A stretch of DNA of 64,000 nt from Macrostomum lignano (Eukaryota), in NCBI GenBank assembly GCA_002269645.1, contig NIVC01001689.1, positions 185,617 to 249,616 of the forward strand. The letters are read 5' to 3'. The translations under genes and the position numbers were made by a program. The notes beneath the pieces are model-generated. The model was given only the letters and a program-made list of their open reading frames with translations. It did no database searches and had not been told where the DNA came from. Shown one piece after another: positions 62,095-64,000 of this stretch. The first letter of the stretch is position 1; each line of letters opens with the position of its first letter.

Positions 62095-63162
62095 ATGGAA
62101 AAAATTTATTTCAACCCAAATCAGCCTGCGAGCTATTGCAGTTCTTCAAAACTGCAACCTGAACTGCGAAAAAGAGGCGAGCATATTGGAGTCAAGAGCA
62201 TTGAGCAGTGGCTAAGTCAGCAGCCAGTACACACTCTGCATAAGCCAGCTAGAGTACGATTTCCAAGGGCGCCAATAATAGTGAGAGCCATTGATGATCA
62301 GTGGGAGATGGATCTGGTGGAAATGATTCCATTTGCAAAGTATAATCGCGGGCATAAATACATTCTCACCTGCATTGATGTTTTGTCTAAATTTGCAATG
62401 GCCAGAGCACTGAAGTCTAAGAGCGCGGCAGAAGTGAAATCTGCGTTTGAGAGCATGCTGAAGAGCTCAAAGCGGCAGCCGCGCACTGTCCGCACAGATC
62501 AGGGAAAGGAGTTTGTCAACGCAATTTTTCGCCAGTTCTGCATAGACCGGGGGATTCTGGCGTTTCCAACTAGCAGTGTGCACAAAGCAGCCATAATTGA
62601 AAGATGGAATCGAACTTTAAAAAGCAAGATGTGGCGTTACTTTACTCACAACAGCACTCTACAATGGCTTGATGTGCTGCCTAAACTGGTCAAGTCCTAT
62701 AACAATACTTTCCACAGAAGCATCAAGACTACACCAATGAATGTCAGCAAAGCAAACGAGACTGAAGTGTGGATGAACCTTTATGATGGGAAAGCGATTG
62801 AGACAGTTGAGAAACTGAGAAAACCGAAGTTCTGTGAAAACCAATCAGTGCGGATTTCCAATGCACCCAGACTCTTCAGGAAGGGATACAAGGCGAACTG
62901 GAGCGAAGAGGTGTACACCATAGTGTCTAGGGCACCAAAGCATTATCCCTACATGTACAGGATTCGAGACATGAAGGGGGAAGACATAAGAGGCCTCTTC
63001 CACGAGCATGAGCTGCAAGCTGTTCCGGACTCGCAGCGGCTGTATGTAATCGAGAAGGTTCTGAAGACTGAGAAGCGGAAGGGTAAGATCCGATATCTCG
63101 TCAAGTGGGCCGGCTACAAGTCCACTGACTGGGTGGATGAGAAGGACTTAAGAAAAGTGTAA
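62095..63162 (+). CDS. Polinton retroviral-type (rve) DDE integrase with C-terminal chromodomain, 355 aa
   Basis: N-terminal YFNP..P.SY, QWEMDL (D1), RTDQGKEF (D2), IIERWNRTLK (E), YNNTFHRSIKTTP, FRKGYKANWSEEVY and chromodomain YVIEKVL...YLVKWAGY. ATG at 62095; the track start at 61915 is a non-ATG extension. Confidence 0.95.
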   Translation: MEKIYFNPNQPASYCSSSKLQPELRKRGEHIGVKSIEQWLSQQPVHTLHKPARVRFPRAPIIVRAIDDQWEMDLVEMIPFAKYNRGHKYILTCIDVLSKFAMARALKSKSAAEVKSAFESMLKSSKRQPRTVRTDQGKEFVNAIFRQFCIDRGILAFPTSSVHKAAIIERWNRTLKSKMWRYFTHNSTLQWLDVLPKLVKSYNNTFHRSIKTTPMNVSKANETEVWMNLYDGKAIETVEKLRKPKFCENQSVRISNAPRLFRKGYKANWSEEVYTIVSRAPKHYPYMYRIRDMKGEDIRGLFHEHELQAVPDSQRLYVIEKVLKTEKRKGKIRYLVKWAGYKSTDWVDEKDLRKV

Positions 63163-63192
63163 GATACCGACATTGTGCAGCCATTCCCAACT

Positions 63193-63993
63193 ATGAGAAG
63201 CATCATCATTTGTAGCGAAAATGCTGAAGGTACTCCTAGTGACTTTCATTTTCACCTGCCTTCATCTATTTACTTGGATCGAAATGTGGACTATGAGGCA
63301 GGTCTGGCTGAAATCCATCTGCCTGCTGCATGGTTCAATGTTGACGAGCCTTACTGCTTCACTGTCTCAGATGGAAGAGAGCATGAGGCCCTGGTTCTTC
63401 AACCCGGACGCTTTGCTAGAGTGGAGGAACTGGTGGAACGCCTGAATGAGCTGCTGGCCAACTCTGAGTCACTGTTCTTCGATGCAATGAGCGAAAGGGA
63501 GTCTGAAATGGAAGCTGATGAGTCCGGTTTAATGGGGCGGAGCAGCGCTAGAGATATTGGCATAAAGTTTGAAATCCAAGAGTTGAGAACAGTAGTGCTC
63601 AACAACACGGCTCGAGCAGAATTGTTCCTTCCATCAAGTAAAATTCTGCAGTGGCTGGGATTCGGAAACCAGCCTGTGAAGATCCCACCCGGACGGCAAG
63701 TGTCACTCTGCTGCATCGGTTGTCCGCCCACCAACCTGATCAACTTGCACTGCAGCATTGTGGAGCGAACAAACTGTAACTGGAACTCCGTGCTGCGAAC
63801 TGTGAGCATGTCATCCGATGTCGAATGGGGCAGCTACATGAGCAAAGTGTTTAAGAAAGCAATTTTCTTCCCGATTCAGAAAGCTAATTTTCTATATGGC
63901 ATTAGATTTCAACTGCGTGACATCTTTGGCTACTCACTGACTGCTCGGAGCAGCAGCCCTGTTCTGCTCACAGTTCATATTCGGAAAGGCTAA
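63193..63993 (+). CDS. Polinton minor capsid protein (penton-like single jelly-roll), 266 aa
   Basis: N-terminal SDFHFHLPSSIYL...YEAGLAEIHLPAAWFN and C-terminal FQLRDIFG...VLLTVHIRK match the typical Polinton mCP pattern; located directly after the integrase. Confidence 0.8.
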   Translation: MRSIIICSENAEGTPSDFHFHLPSSIYLDRNVDYEAGLAEIHLPAAWFNVDEPYCFTVSDGREHEALVLQPGRFARVEELVERLNELLANSESLFFDAMSERESEMEADESGLMGRSSARDIGIKFEIQELRTVVLNNTARAELFLPSSKILQWLGFGNQPVKIPPGRQVSLCCIGCPPTNLINLHCSIVERTNCNWNSVLRTVSMSSDVEWGSYMSKVFKKAIFFPIQKANFLYGIRFQLRDIFGYSLTARSSSPVLLTVHIRKG

Positions 63994-64000
63994 TACAATG

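Larger units (their letters stand above)
60881..64000 (+). mobile_element. Polinton/Maverick (endogenous DNA virus), left end; continues beyond the window
   Basis: Begins with the diagnostic AGTAGT terminus exactly where Gypsy gag is cut; candidate 6-bp TSD CCTTCT (60875-60880); followed by same-strand intronless PC4-like, Polinton-type integrase and minor capsid genes; a further ATG at 63998. Confidence 0.92.

Overview
Eukaryotic (invertebrate animal) genomic DNA. It has GC-rich exons, small GT-AG introns and a very high load of micro- and minisatellites. This pattern resembles the free-living flatworm Macrostomum lignano, but the species is my inference and is not verified. 1-16.5 kb has no recognisable gene: simple-repeat arrays alternate with short unique islands. 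From 17 to 51 kb I could build seven spliced genes by hand with frame-consistent GT-AG junctions: an orphan low-complexity 661-aa gene (-), a PP1 glycogen-targeting subunit (PPP1R3 family, -), a SEC14L2-like CRAL-TRIO/GOLD protein (-), ACOT13 (-), ADF/cofilin (+), a 9-exon C20orf96 homologue (-) and OXCT1/SCOT (+). Many of the longer introns carry their own minisatellite, and there are several MITE-like elements. 54.8-60.9 kb holds two defective Ty3/Gypsy elements (-). The gag gene of the second is cut at 60880/60881 by the left end of an apparently intact Polinton/Maverick (endogenous DNA virus), which is the most notable item. It shows an AGTAGT terminus, a structured terminal region, a tandem PC4-like ssDNA-binding gene, an rve integrase with a C-terminal chromodomain and a minor capsid (penton) gene, and it runs off the right edge of the window. 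All calls come from manual translation and recalled family motifs; no database searches were run.
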